Shown piece after piece: positions 26,396 through 41,045 of a DNA stretch of 64,000 nt. Origin of the DNA: an uncultured Solirubrobacterales bacterium (GTDB taxonomy: Bacteria; Actinomycetota; Thermoleophilia; Solirubrobacterales; 70-9); the NCBI GenBank assembly GCA_963766755.1, contig CAVYBI010000007.1:386992-450991 (forward strand), read 5' to 3'. The number at the start of each line of letters is the position of its first letter. The stretch's first letter is position 1. The notes beneath the pieces were generated by a model that was given only the letters and a program-made list of their open reading frames with translations, did not search any database and was not told the DNA's origin. Both the position numbers and the translations under genes were made by a program.

Positions 26396-26421
26396 GCAAA
26401 CGTCCGCCGCGGCGCTATACT
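26393..26421 (+). promoter_or_regulatory. candidate sigma-70-type promoter for the rRNA operon (TAGGCA-17 nt-TATACT)
   Basis: Hexamers at 26393-26398 and 26416-26421, about 250 nt upstream of the 16S 5' end. Hand-matched only. Confidence 0.3.
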
Positions 26422-26673
26422 CCCCCGTCCTTCTGGGGCTGCCTTGTGCGGCTCCATGCGTGAAGAGCGTCGAAACCCGGCGCAGAGGCGCAGCGGTCTT
26501 TGAAAACTGAGCAGCGTGCACTCCGCAGGCCCATCAACAGGTCTGCGGAATGTTTGAGCCCGATCCATCCGGTCACGTCAGCGTGCCGGATGGTCTGATT
26601 TACCCGTCATGCCGGTCGCCGAGTTTGTGTACCCGGTGACCCGCCAGGCATGGCAACTCTTTGTAGAGTACCT

Positions 26674-28220
<1,547 letters not shown>

Positions 28221-28413
28221 AGGGAGAATTAAGTACCTAGAACGTCGACCGGGCTCCCCGCCGACAACTTGTTGTTGGTGGGCACGCTGCTCAGTTTTGA
28301 GAGACCACCACGGAAGAACTCCGTGGTGTGCCTCGGTGGACCTTGAAAACTGCACAAGGCAAGATGGGTAATTTAATTTCGGCCCGTACACTTTGTGTAT
28401 GGGCTGTATCACC

Positions 28414-31413
<3,000 letters not shown>

Positions 31414-31484
31414 ATACTTTTCGAATGAATTACTTTGAAGGCCTTGTGCAGTTTTCAAGCTCCACCGGGGCTGTCTCGCAAAAT

Positions 31485-31601
31485 TCCGGTGGCGCATAGC
31501 GAGTGGGAGACACCTCTTCCCATTCCGAACAGAGCAGTTAAGCCACTCTGCGCCGATGGTACTTGGGGGGCAACCCCCTGGGAGAGTAGGTCGCCGCCGG
31601 T
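31485..31601 (+). rRNA. rrf: 5S ribosomal RNA
   Basis: TCCGGTGGCGCATAGCG..CCCATTCCGAACAGAGCAGTTAAGC..GGGAGAGTAGGTCGCCGCCGG; terminal helix pairs. Confidence 0.9.
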
Positions 31602-31613
31602 TCTTCGCAGGAT

Positions 31614-31651
31614 GCCCGGGCCCGCGCTTAGAGCGCGGCCCGGGCTTTTTT
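31614..31651 (+). terminator. intrinsic terminator of the rRNA operon
   Basis: GC-rich stem GCCCGGGCCCGCGC / GCGCGGCCCGGGC followed by TTTTTT (31646-31651). Confidence 0.85.
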
Positions 31652-31953
31652 ACAGGCGCGGAGAGGTGCGGAAGCCGGCTTCTTGGAGCAGGTTGCACTG
31701 GGCGCTGCGTACGGTCGCTCTCGGGGCGCGGGTGCGCTGGCGAGGGGCCGGGACTGCGCAGTCCCGGCGAGCTCTCCCAACGGGCTCCAGGCCGTACTCG
31801 CCGAGGGTCGCGAAGTCGATCATCAGGTCGACGGCGTCGGTCAATTTTCTCGTTAGCGTTTGCTTAGAATCGAACATGAGTTCGTAAGGTACGGAGGGCT
31901 TCGGACGGCAAGGCGATCCTGCAATGGGGATTGCAGGCCATGGCGCAAAAGCC

Positions 31954-32880
31954 TTATTCAGAGCCAAATTCGAGGATCAGGCGGGCGGTCTGGGCCGGCT
32001 TCTCAACGGCAGGGGAGTGCCCGGCGCCGGCGATCAGGTGAGTCTGGGCTCCAGGTACGCCGTCGGCGTACTGGCTGAGCGCTCGCTGGGGATCGTCGAC
32101 GATCTGCTCCTCGGCACCCATCAGCACCAGCAGGGGCTTGCCGGTCGGGCGCATGCGCCGGTCGAGCGACTCTTCGCCGATGAAGTCCTCGGTTCCCGTC
32201 GGGGATTCGTCGTAGGCGGTGTAGGTCAGGCGCTTGACGTCGTCGACGAAGGCGTCGGGCACGTCGAAGCCCGGGGCGAAGGCCACGCTCAGGCCGTCCC
32301 TGACGGAGAAGTCGGGCTTGATCCTCCACAGGGCCTCACCCAGCACTGGCTGAAAGGCGAGGCCGGCGATGAAGCCGAGGTCGCCGTAGGAGTTGTCGGG
32401 CGGCATGTCGACGATGCCGACGCGGTCGACCAGCTGCGGGTCCTGTTCGGAGAGCGCCACCGCGACGGCGCCGCCCAGGGAGTGGCCGACGATCTCGGCG
32501 TTGCGTACGTCCAGTTGCCGCAGCGCCTCCGCCACCAGCTTCGCCTGGTTCGCCGGCGTGTAGCCCGACTCGGGCTTCTCGGAGCCACCGTGCCCGAGCA
32601 GGTCGATCGCGATCACCCGGTGCCTGCGCGCCAGGGCGGGCATCACCTCGTCCCACCAGTTGATCGCGCAACTGAAGCAGTGGATCAGCACGATCGGGCG
32701 GCCGTCGCGCGGCCCGCGCTCGACGATCTGCGCTTCCCCGGCTGGGAGGTCGAGGATCCTGCCGCCGGGTTCGGTGATCGCGGCGGACTCCGTCTCCCCA
32801 CCGGTGATCAGGGCGTTGACGAGCAGCAGCACGACCGCCGCGGCGACCGCCGACACCCCGATCTTCCAGCCTCTCCCCAT
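31954..32880 (-). CDS. alpha/beta-fold hydrolase with N-terminal membrane anchor or signal
   Basis: ATG 32880: MGRGWKIGVSAVAAAVVLLLVNAL..; nucleophile elbow GHSLGG; ..LIAGAGHSP... The upstream part of listed ORF 31954..33747 is antisense of murA. Confidence 0.85.
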   Translation of the reverse strand: MGRGWKIGVSAVAAAVVLLLVNALITGGETESAAITEPGGRILDLPAGEAQIVERGPRDGRPIVLIHCFSCAINWWDEVMPALARRHRVIAIDLLGHGGSEKPESGYTPANQAKLVAEALRQLDVRNAEIVGHSLGGAVAVALSEQDPQLVDRVGIVDMPPDNSYGDLGFIAGLAFQPVLGEALWRIKPDFSVRDGLSVAFAPGFDVPDAFVDDVKRLTYTAYDESPTGTEDFIGEESLDRRMRPTGKPLLVLMGAEEQIVDDPQRALSQYADGVPGAQTHLIAGAGHSPAVEKPAQTARLILEFGSE

Positions 32881-32905
32881 GGCGGTCGTTACCCTAGCCC
32901 AGACC

Positions 32906-34201
32906 ATGGAGAAATTCGTCATCCAGGGCGGTGTCCCGCTCTCCGGCGAGCTGACCGTCGCCGGCAACAAGAACGCGGCGCTGCCGATCCTCGGCGCCTG
33001 CCTGCTGACCGAGGAGGAGCTGCTGCTGCACCGGGTGCCGCGGATCCGCGACACCGAGGCCCAGATAGCGCTGCTGGAGCAGCTTGGGGTCGAGGTCGCC
33101 TGGGTGGCTGACAACAGCGTCCGGCTCTGCGCGCGCGGGGTGACCCAAACAACCGTCGACGAGGAGCTCTCGAGCAAGATTCGCGCCTCCTTCCTGCTGG
33201 CCGGGCCGCTGCTGGCCCGCTTCGGCGAGGCGCGGATGCCGCCTCCCGGCGGCGACTTCATCGGGCGTCGGCGCCTCGATGCCCACCTCGACGCCTTCAA
33301 GGATCTCGGCGCCCGCATCGACGGCAGCCGCTGGATCGAGCTGAGCGCGCCCGGCGGGCTTTGCGCCTGCGAGATCTTCATGGACGAGCCCTCTGTGATG
33401 GGCACGGAGAATGCGCTGATGGCGGCGGCCCTGACTGCCGGCCAGACGAAGATCTCCAACGCCGCCTGCGAGCCGCACGTGCAGGACCTGGCCCGGCTGC
33501 TGACCAAGATGGGCGCCCGGGTCGACGGGATCGGCTCCAACGTGATGGTCGTCAACGGCGGCGAGCGCCTCTCCGGGGCCGAGCACACGATCTCACCCGA
33601 CCACATCGAGGTCGGCAGCTTCATGGCCCTGGCTGCGGCGACCGGGGGGGAGTTGCGGATCCGCGACATCGATGCCGAGGATCTGCGCAACGTGCGGCGC
33701 CAGTTCCGCCGGCTGGGGCTGCGCTCGGAGATCGAGGGCGCCGACATGCTGGTCCCGTCCGGTCAGCGGCTCGAGGTCGAATCCGACCTCGGCGATGCGA
33801 TCCCGAAGATCGAGGACGGCCCCTGGCCGGCCTTCCCGGCCGATCTCACCTCGATCGCCCTGGCCCTGGCCACCCAGGCCGAGGGGGAGATCCTGATCTT
33901 CGAGAAGATGTTCGAGAACCGCCTCTTCTTCGTCGACAAGCTGGTCGCGATGGGCGCTCGGATCACGCTCTGCGATCCCCACCGGGCGATCGTCAGCGGT
34001 CCGAGCCGGCTTCATGGCGAGCGCGTCGAGAGCCCCGACATCCGCGCCGGGATGGCGATGCTCATCGCCGCCCTGGCCGCCGACGGCACCTCCCACATCG
34101 GCAACATCCGCCAGATCGATCGCGGCTACGAGCAGATCGACGAGCGCCTGCGCGGGCTTGGGGCCCAGATCGAGCGCGTCTCTGCAGAGGTCCCTGCCTA
34201 G
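32906..34201 (+). CDS. murA: UDP-N-acetylglucosamine 1-carboxyvinyltransferase (Asp at the fosfomycin-target Cys position)
   Basis: ATG 32906: MEKFVIQGGVPLSGELTVAGNKNAALPIL..; loop PPPGGDFIGRRRLDAH; full-length MurA-like, 431 aa. Confidence 0.9.
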   Translation: MEKFVIQGGVPLSGELTVAGNKNAALPILGACLLTEEELLLHRVPRIRDTEAQIALLEQLGVEVAWVADNSVRLCARGVTQTTVDEELSSKIRASFLLAGPLLARFGEARMPPPGGDFIGRRRLDAHLDAFKDLGARIDGSRWIELSAPGGLCACEIFMDEPSVMGTENALMAAALTAGQTKISNAACEPHVQDLARLLTKMGARVDGIGSNVMVVNGGERLSGAEHTISPDHIEVGSFMALAAATGGELRIRDIDAEDLRNVRRQFRRLGLRSEIEGADMLVPSGQRLEVESDLGDAIPKIEDGPWPAFPADLTSIALALATQAEGEILIFEKMFENRLFFVDKLVAMGARITLCDPHRAIVSGPSRLHGERVESPDIRAGMAMLIAALAADGTSHIGNIRQIDRGYEQIDERLRGLGAQIERVSAEVPA

Positions 34202-34237
34202 CAGGGCTTTTGCTCCGTCTCTCGTAAGGTCAGCCGG

Positions 34238-35236
34238 ATGATCCATCCGATCCCGCCCGGAACCCGTGACGTGCTCCCCGACGAGATGCGGGAGCTGCGA
34301 CGCCTGCAGCGTGCCCTGCTCGAGGTCTTCGAAGCACGTGGCTACGGCGAGGTGGCGACGCCGGCGATCGAGTACGACGAGGTCCTCGGTCGCGGCGACG
34401 GCCGTACCGCGGCGAGTGCCTATCGCTTCTTCGACGAGGGCGGCGAGCTGCTGGCGCTGCGCTCGGACATGACGGTGCCGATCGCCCGGCTCGCCGCCAG
34501 CCGCCTGGCGGGAGCCGAGCAGCCGCTGCGCCTTTGCTACCTGGCGAGTGCCTACCGGGCGGTGCGTCCCCAGCGTGGCCAGATGCGCGAGTTCATCCAG
34601 GCCGGGGTCGAGCTGATCGGAGTGCCGGCGCCGGCGGGCACGGCCGAGGTCGTCGAGGTGCTGGAGGCGGCGCTGGACGCCGCCGGCCTCGACCGCGCCG
34701 TGATCGGGCTCGGCGACGCCGACCTCTACCGCCAGCTGCTGACCGAGTACGGCATCGAGGGCGAGGCGCGCGACTCGATCATCGCCCGCCTGGCCACACA
34801 CGATCTGGTCGGACTGGAGGCCGAGCTCAGCGCTGTCGAGGGAATCGGCGAGGAGCAGGTCGCCACCTGCGTGGCGCTCTCGCAGCTGCGCGGCGGCAGC
34901 GAGGTGCTGGAGCGGGCCCGCGGACTCGGCGGCGCCGCGGTCGAGCGCGCCGGCGCTCGCCTGCAGGCGACCTACGAGGAGCTCGAGCGGCGTGGGGTCG
35001 CCGGGCGGGTGCAGATCGACCTCGGCCTGCTGCGCGACCTCGGCTACTACAGCGGCGCCATCCTCGAGGTCTACGACCCCGCTCTCGGCCACGTGCTCGG
35101 CGGCGGCGGTCGTTACGACCGGTTGCTGAAGCGCTTCGGCGCCGACCTGCCCGCGGCCGGGTTCGCCCTTTACCTGGAGCGGGTGCACGTCGCCCAGATG
35201 GAGGAGGAGTCGCGGCGGGGAGGGGAGGGCCGATGA
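34238..35236 (+). CDS. hisZ: ATP phosphoribosyltransferase regulatory subunit (HisRS paralogue)
   Basis: MIHPIPPGTRDVLPDE.., ..RFFDEGGELLALRSDMTVPIARL.., ..GYYSGAILEVY... Stop overlaps the hisG ATG (ATGA 35233-35236). Confidence 0.88.
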   Translation: MIHPIPPGTRDVLPDEMRELRRLQRALLEVFEARGYGEVATPAIEYDEVLGRGDGRTAASAYRFFDEGGELLALRSDMTVPIARLAASRLAGAEQPLRLCYLASAYRAVRPQRGQMREFIQAGVELIGVPAPAGTAEVVEVLEAALDAAGLDRAVIGLGDADLYRQLLTEYGIEGEARDSIIARLATHDLVGLEAELSAVEGIGEEQVATCVALSQLRGGSEVLERARGLGGAAVERAGARLQATYEELERRGVAGRVQIDLGLLRDLGYYSGAILEVYDPALGHVLGGGGRYDRLLKRFGADLPAAGFALYLERVHVAQMEEESRRGGEGR

Positions 35237-35916
35237 GTTTCGAGGTTGCCGGCCTGAGCCCGGCAAAGGCCGACGGGCCGCTGAAGCTGGCGGTGCCGCG
35301 CGGCGCCCTCCTGGGGGAGACCCTCGACATCCTCGACGGGGCCGGGATCGATACCTCCGAGGTGCGCGGCGACTCGCGCTCGCTGATCTTCGAGACCGAG
35401 GGGATGACGCTGGTGACGATGCGCCCCTCCGACGTCCCCACCTACGTCGAGGCCGGCGCCGCCGACGTCGGCATCACCGGCAAGGACGTGCTGCTGGAGC
35501 AGTCCGACCGCATGGTCTACGAGCTGGCGGACCTCGGCTTCGGCCGCTGCCGCATGGTTCTCGCCGGCCGCAAGGGCGACGAGCGCCTGGGCGAGTCCCA
35601 GCGGCGCCTGGGGATGATGCGGATCGCGACCAAGTACCCGCGGATCGCCGAGCGCCACTTCGAGGCGACCGGCCGCCAGATCGAACTGATCGAGGTCAAG
35701 GGCTCGGTCGAGCTGGCGCCGCTGATCGGCCTCGGCGACGGCATCGTCGACCTCGTCGCCACCGGCCGCACGCTGGAGGAGAACGACCTCGAGGTGCGCG
35801 AGGAGATCCTCGAGTGCACGGCGCGCTTCGTCGCCAACCGGGTCGCCCACAAGCTGCGTGCCGCCGAAGTCGACGAGCTGACGGCGAAGTTGAGAGAGGC
35901 AGCGGCCGCGAAGTGA
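35233..35916 (+). CDS. hisG: ATP phosphoribosyltransferase, short form
   Basis: LKLAVPRGALLGETLDIL.., ..DVPTYVEAGAADVGITGKDVL.., ..DLVATGRTLEENDL..; 227 aa, i.e. the HisZ-dependent short type. Confidence 0.92.
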   Translation: MSFEVAGLSPAKADGPLKLAVPRGALLGETLDILDGAGIDTSEVRGDSRSLIFETEGMTLVTMRPSDVPTYVEAGAADVGITGKDVLLEQSDRMVYELADLGFGRCRMVLAGRKGDERLGESQRRLGMMRIATKYPRIAERHFEATGRQIELIEVKGSVELAPLIGLGDGIVDLVATGRTLEENDLEVREEILECTARFVANRVAHKLRAAEVDELTAKLREAAAAK

Positions 35917-37190
35917 AGGCGCGCCGCTTCGAGTGGGAGGGCGCGGCGGAGACCGCGCGGCGGCTACGGGACTGGACCTTTGTAAAGCAGGACCATGACG
36001 CGGTGGTCGAGGGTGTAACGACAATCGCCGGGCGGGTCCACAAGGAGGGCGATGGCGCGCTGCTGGCCCTGACCGAAGAGCACGACGGGGTTGAGCTGAC
36101 GCGAGAGCAGATGAGGGTTGACCCCGGTGAAGCGGAGGCGGCCCTGCGTGCTCTCGATCCGGCGCAGCGTGAGGCGATGGAGCTTGCCGCCGCCAACATC
36201 CGCGCTGTCGCTGAGGCGCAGATTCCGGCCGAGACGCCGTCGATTGAGTTGCCCCAGGGTCAGACCGTGACGGTTCGCGAGTTGCCGGTGGCATCCGCCG
36301 GTATCTACGCGCCGGGCGGGCGGGCAACCTATCCCTCGACTGTGCTCATGTGCGCGATTCCGGCCCGAGTGGCGGGGGTCAAGCGCATCGTGCTCGTTTC
36401 CCCACCGGGAGAGAACGGCCGGCCGTCAGAGTCGATCCTGGCGGCAGCCTCCCTCTGTGGGGTTGAGGAGATCTATGCGATCGGGGGAGCGCAGGCGATC
36501 TTTGGTCTCGCCTACGGGACCGAGACGATCCAGCGCGTCGACGTGGTCGTTGGGCCCGGCAACGCCTGGGTGCGGGAGGCACAGCGGCGTGCTTTCGGCG
36601 AAGTCGGGATCGACTCGCTTGCCGGCCCATCGGAGCTGATGCTCGTAGCTGGCCACGACACCGATCCCGAATGGGCGGCACTGGACCTCTGCGCCCAGGC
36701 CGAGCACGGCGCTGACAGCCCGTTGGTCGCGGTCGCGGTTGAGGAGCATGTGCTCGACGCGATCGCGACTGCGAGCGAGGTCGCTGCGGCCACTCGTCCC
36801 TCGGTGGCCGACGCGCCGCTGGCGCTGGTCCAGGTCCCCGAGTTGGAGGCGGCGATCGACCTCGCTAACGCCTACGCGCCCGAGCACCTCGAGCTGCTTG
36901 AGGAGGACGCAGGCCTGATGGCGGATCGGGTCACGACCGCCGGCTGCGTCTTCGTCGGCCGCCACGGTGCGACCGCCTTCGGCGACTACGTCGCCGGCTC
37001 CAACCACGTTCTGCCCACCGGTGGCGCCGGGCGCTTTTCCGGGCCACTTGGGCCCGGAGCCTTCCGCCGCCGGATCTCCCAGGTCGAGATCACGGCGGAG
37101 GCGGCCGGCGAGCTGGCGCCGCACGCCGACGCCCTCGCCCGCGCCGAGGGCTTCCCCGTCCACGGCGAGTCAGCGATGATTAGGCGATGA
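35913..37190 (+). CDS. hisD: histidinol dehydrogenase
   Basis: GTG 35913 overlaps the hisG stop (GTGA). ..[15 protein letters not shown].., ..GPGNAWV.., ..CAQAEHG.., ..[15 protein letters not shown]... Confidence 0.92.
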   Translation: MKARRFEWEGAAETARRLRDWTFVKQDHDAVVEGVTTIAGRVHKEGDGALLALTEEHDGVELTREQMRVDPGEAEAALRALDPAQREAMELAAANIRAVAEAQIPAETPSIELPQGQTVTVRELPVASAGIYAPGGRATYPSTVLMCAIPARVAGVKRIVLVSPPGENGRPSESILAAASLCGVEEIYAIGGAQAIFGLAYGTETIQRVDVVVGPGNAWVREAQRRAFGEVGIDSLAGPSELMLVAGHDTDPEWAALDLCAQAEHGADSPLVAVAVEEHVLDAIATASEVAAATRPSVADAPLALVQVPELEAAIDLANAYAPEHLELLEEDAGLMADRVTTAGCVFVGRHGATAFGDYVAGSNHVLPTGGAGRFSGPLGPGAFRRRISQVEITAEAAGELAPHADALARAEGFPVHGESAMIRR

Positions 37191-37780
37191 GCACCAGAAC
37201 CGCAAGCAGAGAGCGCGACACGGCCGAGACCCAGATCCGGCTGTCGCTCGACCTCGACGGGGGGGAGGCGAGCGCCGCGACCGGCGTCGGCTTCCTCGAC
37301 CACATGCTCGACCTGCTCGCCCGCCACGGGCGGCTGGGCCTGCAGGTCGAGGCCAACGGCGATCTTCAGACCGGCGCCCACCACACCGTGGAGGACGTCG
37401 GCATCGTGCTCGGGCAGGCGCTCGACGAGGCATTGGGCGATCGCGCCGGCATCCGCCGCTACGGCTCCGCCGTAGTGCCGATGGACGAGTCGCTGGCCGA
37501 GTGCGCGATCGATATCTCCGGCCGCCCGTTCTGCCACTTCGACGCCGACCTGCCGACGACCTCGATCGCCGGTTTCGACACCGAGCTGGCCGAGGAGTTC
37601 TTCCGCGCCGTCGCCAACAGCGCCAAGCTGACCCTGCACGTCTCCGTCCGTTACGGCACCAACGCCCACCACATGATCGAGGCCTGCTTCAAGGCGTTCG
37701 CCCGCGCCTTGCGCGTGGCCGTCTCGATCGACCCCGAGGAGAGCGGCGTGCCGTCGACCAAGGGGACGCTGAGCGAGTGA
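37187..37780 (+). CDS. hisB: imidazoleglycerol-phosphate dehydratase
   Basis: [16 protein letters not shown].., [10 protein letters not shown].., HHTVEDVGI.., [15 protein letters not shown]; overlaps the hisD stop. Confidence 0.93.
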   Translation: MSTRTASRERDTAETQIRLSLDLDGGEASAATGVGFLDHMLDLLARHGRLGLQVEANGDLQTGAHHTVEDVGIVLGQALDEALGDRAGIRRYGSAVVPMDESLAECAIDISGRPFCHFDADLPTTSIAGFDTELAEEFFRAVANSAKLTLHVSVRYGTNAHHMIEACFKAFARALRVAVSIDPEESGVPSTKGTLSE

Positions 37781-38403
37781 CCACGCGGATCGCGATCCTC
37801 AACTATGGGATGGGCAACCTGCGCTCGGTCGAGAAGGCGCTGGAGCACGTTGGCGTTGCCGCGACGATCACCGCCGACGCTGCCGAGGCCCGCGCCGCCG
37901 ACGGCCTGATCCTGCCCGGGGTCGGGGCCTTCCCGCGGGCGATGGAGCGGATCCGCGCGCTCGGGCTCGACGAGCTGATCGCCGAGCGCCGCGACGCCGG
38001 GGTGCCGATCCTCGGCATCTGCCTCGGCCTGCAGCTGCTGTTCGAGTCGACCACCGAGCTGGGCGGCGCCGACGGGCTCGGGCTGCTCGAGGGCGAGGTC
38101 GGCGAGCTCGAGGCCGACGGCCTCAAGGTCCCGCACATCGGCTGGTCGCCGCTGCGCTGGGAGCGCGAGTCGCGCCTGGCCGAGGGGATCGAGTCGGAGA
38201 CGCCCTTCTACTTCGTCCACTCCTTCGCGCCGCGCATAGGCCCCGGGGAGTTGCTCGGCAGTGCCGCCTACGGCGCTCGCTTCGCCTGCGCGGCCGAGCG
38301 CGACAACGTCTTCGGCGTCCAGTTCCACCCCGAGAAGTCGAGTGCCGCCGGGCTGCGGCTGCTCTCCAACTTCGCCGGGATCTGCGCATCTGTCCCGGCG
38401 TGA
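37777..38403 (+). CDS. hisH: imidazole glycerol phosphate synthase, glutamine amidotransferase subunit
   Basis: GTG 37777 (GTGA overlap with hisB). [40 protein letters not shown]. Confidence 0.93.
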   Translation: MTTRIAILNYGMGNLRSVEKALEHVGVAATITADAAEARAADGLILPGVGAFPRAMERIRALGLDELIAERRDAGVPILGICLGLQLLFESTTELGGADGLGLLEGEVGELEADGLKVPHIGWSPLRWERESRLAEGIESETPFYFVHSFAPRIGPGELLGSAAYGARFACAAERDNVFGVQFHPEKSSAAGLRLLSNFAGICASVPA

Positions 38404-38416
38404 CCGCTGCCTCGCC

Positions 38417-39139
38417 GTGATCCTCTATCCGGCCATCGACATCCGCGGCGGCCAGGCGGTGCGGCTGCTGCAGGGCGACTACGACCGCGAGACCACCTAT
38501 GACGCCGATCCCGTCGACGCCGCGACCCGCTGGGCCGGCGAAGGCGCGGAGTTCCTCCACGTCGTCGACCTCGACGGCGCCAAGGCCGGTGAGCCGCAGA
38601 ACCTGGAGGCGGTGCGGCGGATCGCCGCCGCGGTCGAGTGCCCGATCCAGGTCGGCGGCGGCCTGCGTGGGATGCCCGCGGTCGACGCGGTGCTGGAGGC
38701 GGGGGCGGAGCGGGTCGTGATCGGCACCGCCGCGCTGCGCGATCCCGATTTTCTCTCACAGGTGCTGGCCGAATACGGCGAGCGCGTGGTCGTCTCAGTC
38801 GACGCCCGCGACGGCAAGGTGTCGGTACACGGCTGGACGGAAGCCAGCGATCTCGACGTCGCGGCGACGGTGAGGGGGCTAGCGGGCCTCGGCGTCTCCC
38901 GCTTCCTCTGCACCGCGATCGAGGTCGACGGCACGATGGAGGGCCCCGCGACCGCCGAGCTGAACCGCATCGCCGCCGTAACCGACACCCAGGTAATCGC
39001 CTCCGGCGGCGTCGGAACCCTCGCCCATCTCAAGGCCTTGGCCGACGACGCGGCCCCGAACATCGAAGGCGCCATAGTCGGCCGCGCGCTCTACGAGCAT
39101 CGCTTCACCGTGGCCGAGGGCATCGCTGCCCTAGCCTGA
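38417..39139 (+). CDS. hisA: ProFAR isomerase (HisA; could be a PriA-type HisA/TrpF as in many actinobacteria)
   Basis: GTG 38417: [21 protein letters not shown].., ..LHVVDLDGA.., ..QVGGGLR.., ..IASGGVG... Confidence 0.9.
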   Translation: MILYPAIDIRGGQAVRLLQGDYDRETTYDADPVDAATRWAGEGAEFLHVVDLDGAKAGEPQNLEAVRRIAAAVECPIQVGGGLRGMPAVDAVLEAGAERVVIGTAALRDPDFLSQVLAEYGERVVVSVDARDGKVSVHGWTEASDLDVAATVRGLAGLGVSRFLCTAIEVDGTMEGPATAELNRIAAVTDTQVIASGGVGTLAHLKALADDAAPNIEGAIVGRALYEHRFTVAEGIAALA

Positions 39140-39143
39140 TCGG

Positions 39144-39902
39144 ATGGTTCTGAAACGCGTCATCCCCTGCCTCGACGTCGACGCCGGCCGCGTCGTCAAG
39201 GGGACCAATTTCGTCGGGCTGCGCGACGCCGGCGATCCGGTCGAGCTGGCCGAGCGCTACGACGCCGAGGGGGCGGACGAGCTGGTCTTCCTCGACATCA
39301 CCGCTTCGCACGAGAAGCGGGAGACGATCGTCGAGCTGGCCCGGCGCACCGCCGACAACGTCTTCATCCCCTTCACGATCGGCGGCGGCATCCGCTCGGT
39401 CGAGGACGCGCAGGCGGTGCTCGACGCCGGCGCCGACAAGGTCTCGGTCAACTCCGCCGCCCTCGCCCGGCCCGAGCTGCTGACCGAGCTGGCCGACCAT
39501 TTCGGCGCCCAGTGCGTGGTGATCGCGATCGACGCCAAGGGCGAGGACGGTGGCTGGGGCGTCTACGTCAACGGCGGCCGCAAGCGGGTCGAAGGACGCG
39601 ATGCCGTTAGCTGGGCCGAAGAGGCGGTGCGGCTGGGAGCGGGGGAGGTGCTCCTGACCAGCATGGACCGCGACGGCACCAGCGACGGCTATGACATCGC
39701 GCTGACCAGGGCGGTAGCGGATGCGGTGCCGGTGCCGGTGATCGCTTCCGGCGGCGCGGGCGAGCTGGCTCACCTGAGCGAGGCGATAACCACCGGCGGC
39801 GCCGACGCCGTCCTCTGCGCCTCGATCTTCCATTACGGGCAGCACCGGGTGCGCGAGGCGAAGGAGCGCCTCGCCGCCGACGGCATCCCGGTCCGCCTCT
39901 AG
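39144..39902 (+). CDS. hisF: imidazole glycerol phosphate synthase, cyclase subunit
   Basis: [18 protein letters not shown].., [11 protein letters not shown].., TIGGGIRS.., IASGGAG... Confidence 0.95.
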   Translation: MVLKRVIPCLDVDAGRVVKGTNFVGLRDAGDPVELAERYDAEGADELVFLDITASHEKRETIVELARRTADNVFIPFTIGGGIRSVEDAQAVLDAGADKVSVNSAALARPELLTELADHFGAQCVVIAIDAKGEDGGWGVYVNGGRKRVEGRDAVSWAEEAVRLGAGEVLLTSMDRDGTSDGYDIALTRAVADAVPVPVIASGGAGELAHLSEAITTGGADAVLCASIFHYGQHRVREAKERLAADGIPVRL

Positions 39903-39923
39903 AGCAGGCAGAGTAGGGCGACC

Positions 39924-41042
39924 ATGCGAAGCGCCGGGACGCCGATCGAGAACCTCGCCGAGGCGCTGGGAAGCGCCTATCCGGAGCTGAGTGCGGTTCG
40001 CGATGCCGCCACCGGGCCCGTCTACGTGGTCGGCGGCGCCGTCCGCGACCTCCTGCTCGGCCGCGGCCGAGCCGACCTCGACGTCGTCGTCGAGGGCGAT
40101 GCGGCCGCCCTCGCCGCGCGGCTCGGAGCCGAGCCGGTCGCGCACGATCGTTTCGCCACCGCCAAGGTCGTGCTCGACGGCCATCAGCTCGACCTGGCCA
40201 GTGCCCGGACCGAGACCTACCCGCATCCCGGGGCGCTGCCCGAGGTCTCGCCGGCGGCCGGCATCGAGGCTGACCTGGGACGGCGGGACTTCACGCTCAA
40301 CGCGATGGCGATTCCGCTCGACGGCGAGCCGCGGTTGATCGATCCCCATGGCGGGCAGGCCGACCTCGGGGCCGGGGTACTGCGCGTCCTGCACCGGGGG
40401 TCCTTTGCCGACGACCCGACCCGGGCGATCCGCGCTGCCCGCTACGCCGCCCGTTTCGGCTTCGAGCTCGAGCCGGAAACTGCAGCGCTGCTGCGAGCAG
40501 CCGACCTCGGCACGGTCTCCGCCGACCGCCGCCAGGCCGAGCTGCTGCGACTTGCCGGGGAAGGGACCGGCCCGCGAGGCCTCGCACTGCTCGGCGAGTG
40601 GGGTTTGATCCAGCCACGCGAGGGTGGGATCGAGCTGGCGGCACGGGTCGCCGGGCTGCTCGCGTCTCCGCCCTGGAGCGAGGTTGCGCCACGGGCTCCA
40701 GCCGTGCTCGCCGCGGCTCTCGGCCCGGCGGGTGAGGAGGGCACCCTGGCTGAGGCCGACCCCGAGCGGCCCTCGCGGGCGGTCGAGCTGGCGCGCGGCC
40801 GCGATCCGGTGGAGCTGGTCCTGGCGCGGGCGCTGGGGGCCGAGTGGCTGGAGGAGTACCTCAGCACCTGGCGGTCGGTCGAGCTCGAGATCGACGGCAG
40901 CGACCTGGTTGTGGCTGGGGTTCCGGAGGGGCCGGCAGTCGGCCTGGGCCTGCGGGCGGCGCTCCGGCGCAAGCTCGACGGTGAGATCGCCGGCCGCGAC
41001 CAGGAGCTGGCCACGGCACTGATTGCGGCCCGGGACGGATAG
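39924..41042 (+). CDS. PolyA_pol-family nucleotidyltransferase (CCA-adding enzyme-like)
   Basis: VYVVGGAVRDLLLGRGRADLDVVVEGD.., RDFTLNAMA.., ..SFADDPTRAIRAARYAARFGF... Confidence 0.75.
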   Translation: MRSAGTPIENLAEALGSAYPELSAVRDAATGPVYVVGGAVRDLLLGRGRADLDVVVEGDAAALAARLGAEPVAHDRFATAKVVLDGHQLDLASARTETYPHPGALPEVSPAAGIEADLGRRDFTLNAMAIPLDGEPRLIDPHGGQADLGAGVLRVLHRGSFADDPTRAIRAARYAARFGFELEPETAALLRAADLGTVSADRRQAELLRLAGEGTGPRGLALLGEWGLIQPREGGIELAARVAGLLASPPWSEVAPRAPAVLAAALGPAGEEGTLAEADPERPSRAVELARGRDPVELVLARALGAEWLEEYLSTWRSVELEIDGSDLVVAGVPEGPAVGLGLRAALRRKLDGEIAGRDQELATALIAARDG

Positions 41043-41045
41043 CGC

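Noticed and set aside
31650-31967. Orphan minus-strand ORF in the 350-nt gap after the rRNA terminator (possible start ATG 31877: MFDSKQTLTRKLTDAVDLMIDFATLGEYGLEPVG..), beginning in a locally AT-richer patch. A hairpin CCTGCAAT-GGGG-ATTGCAGG lies at 31917-31938.
   Set aside because: No family recognised. The 3' half is Arg/Pro/Ala-rich and runs into the rRNA terminator. Only about 20 codons look coding-like. It may be a gene remnant, and the hairpin may simply be the hydrolase terminator. Evidence is insufficient to call a feature.
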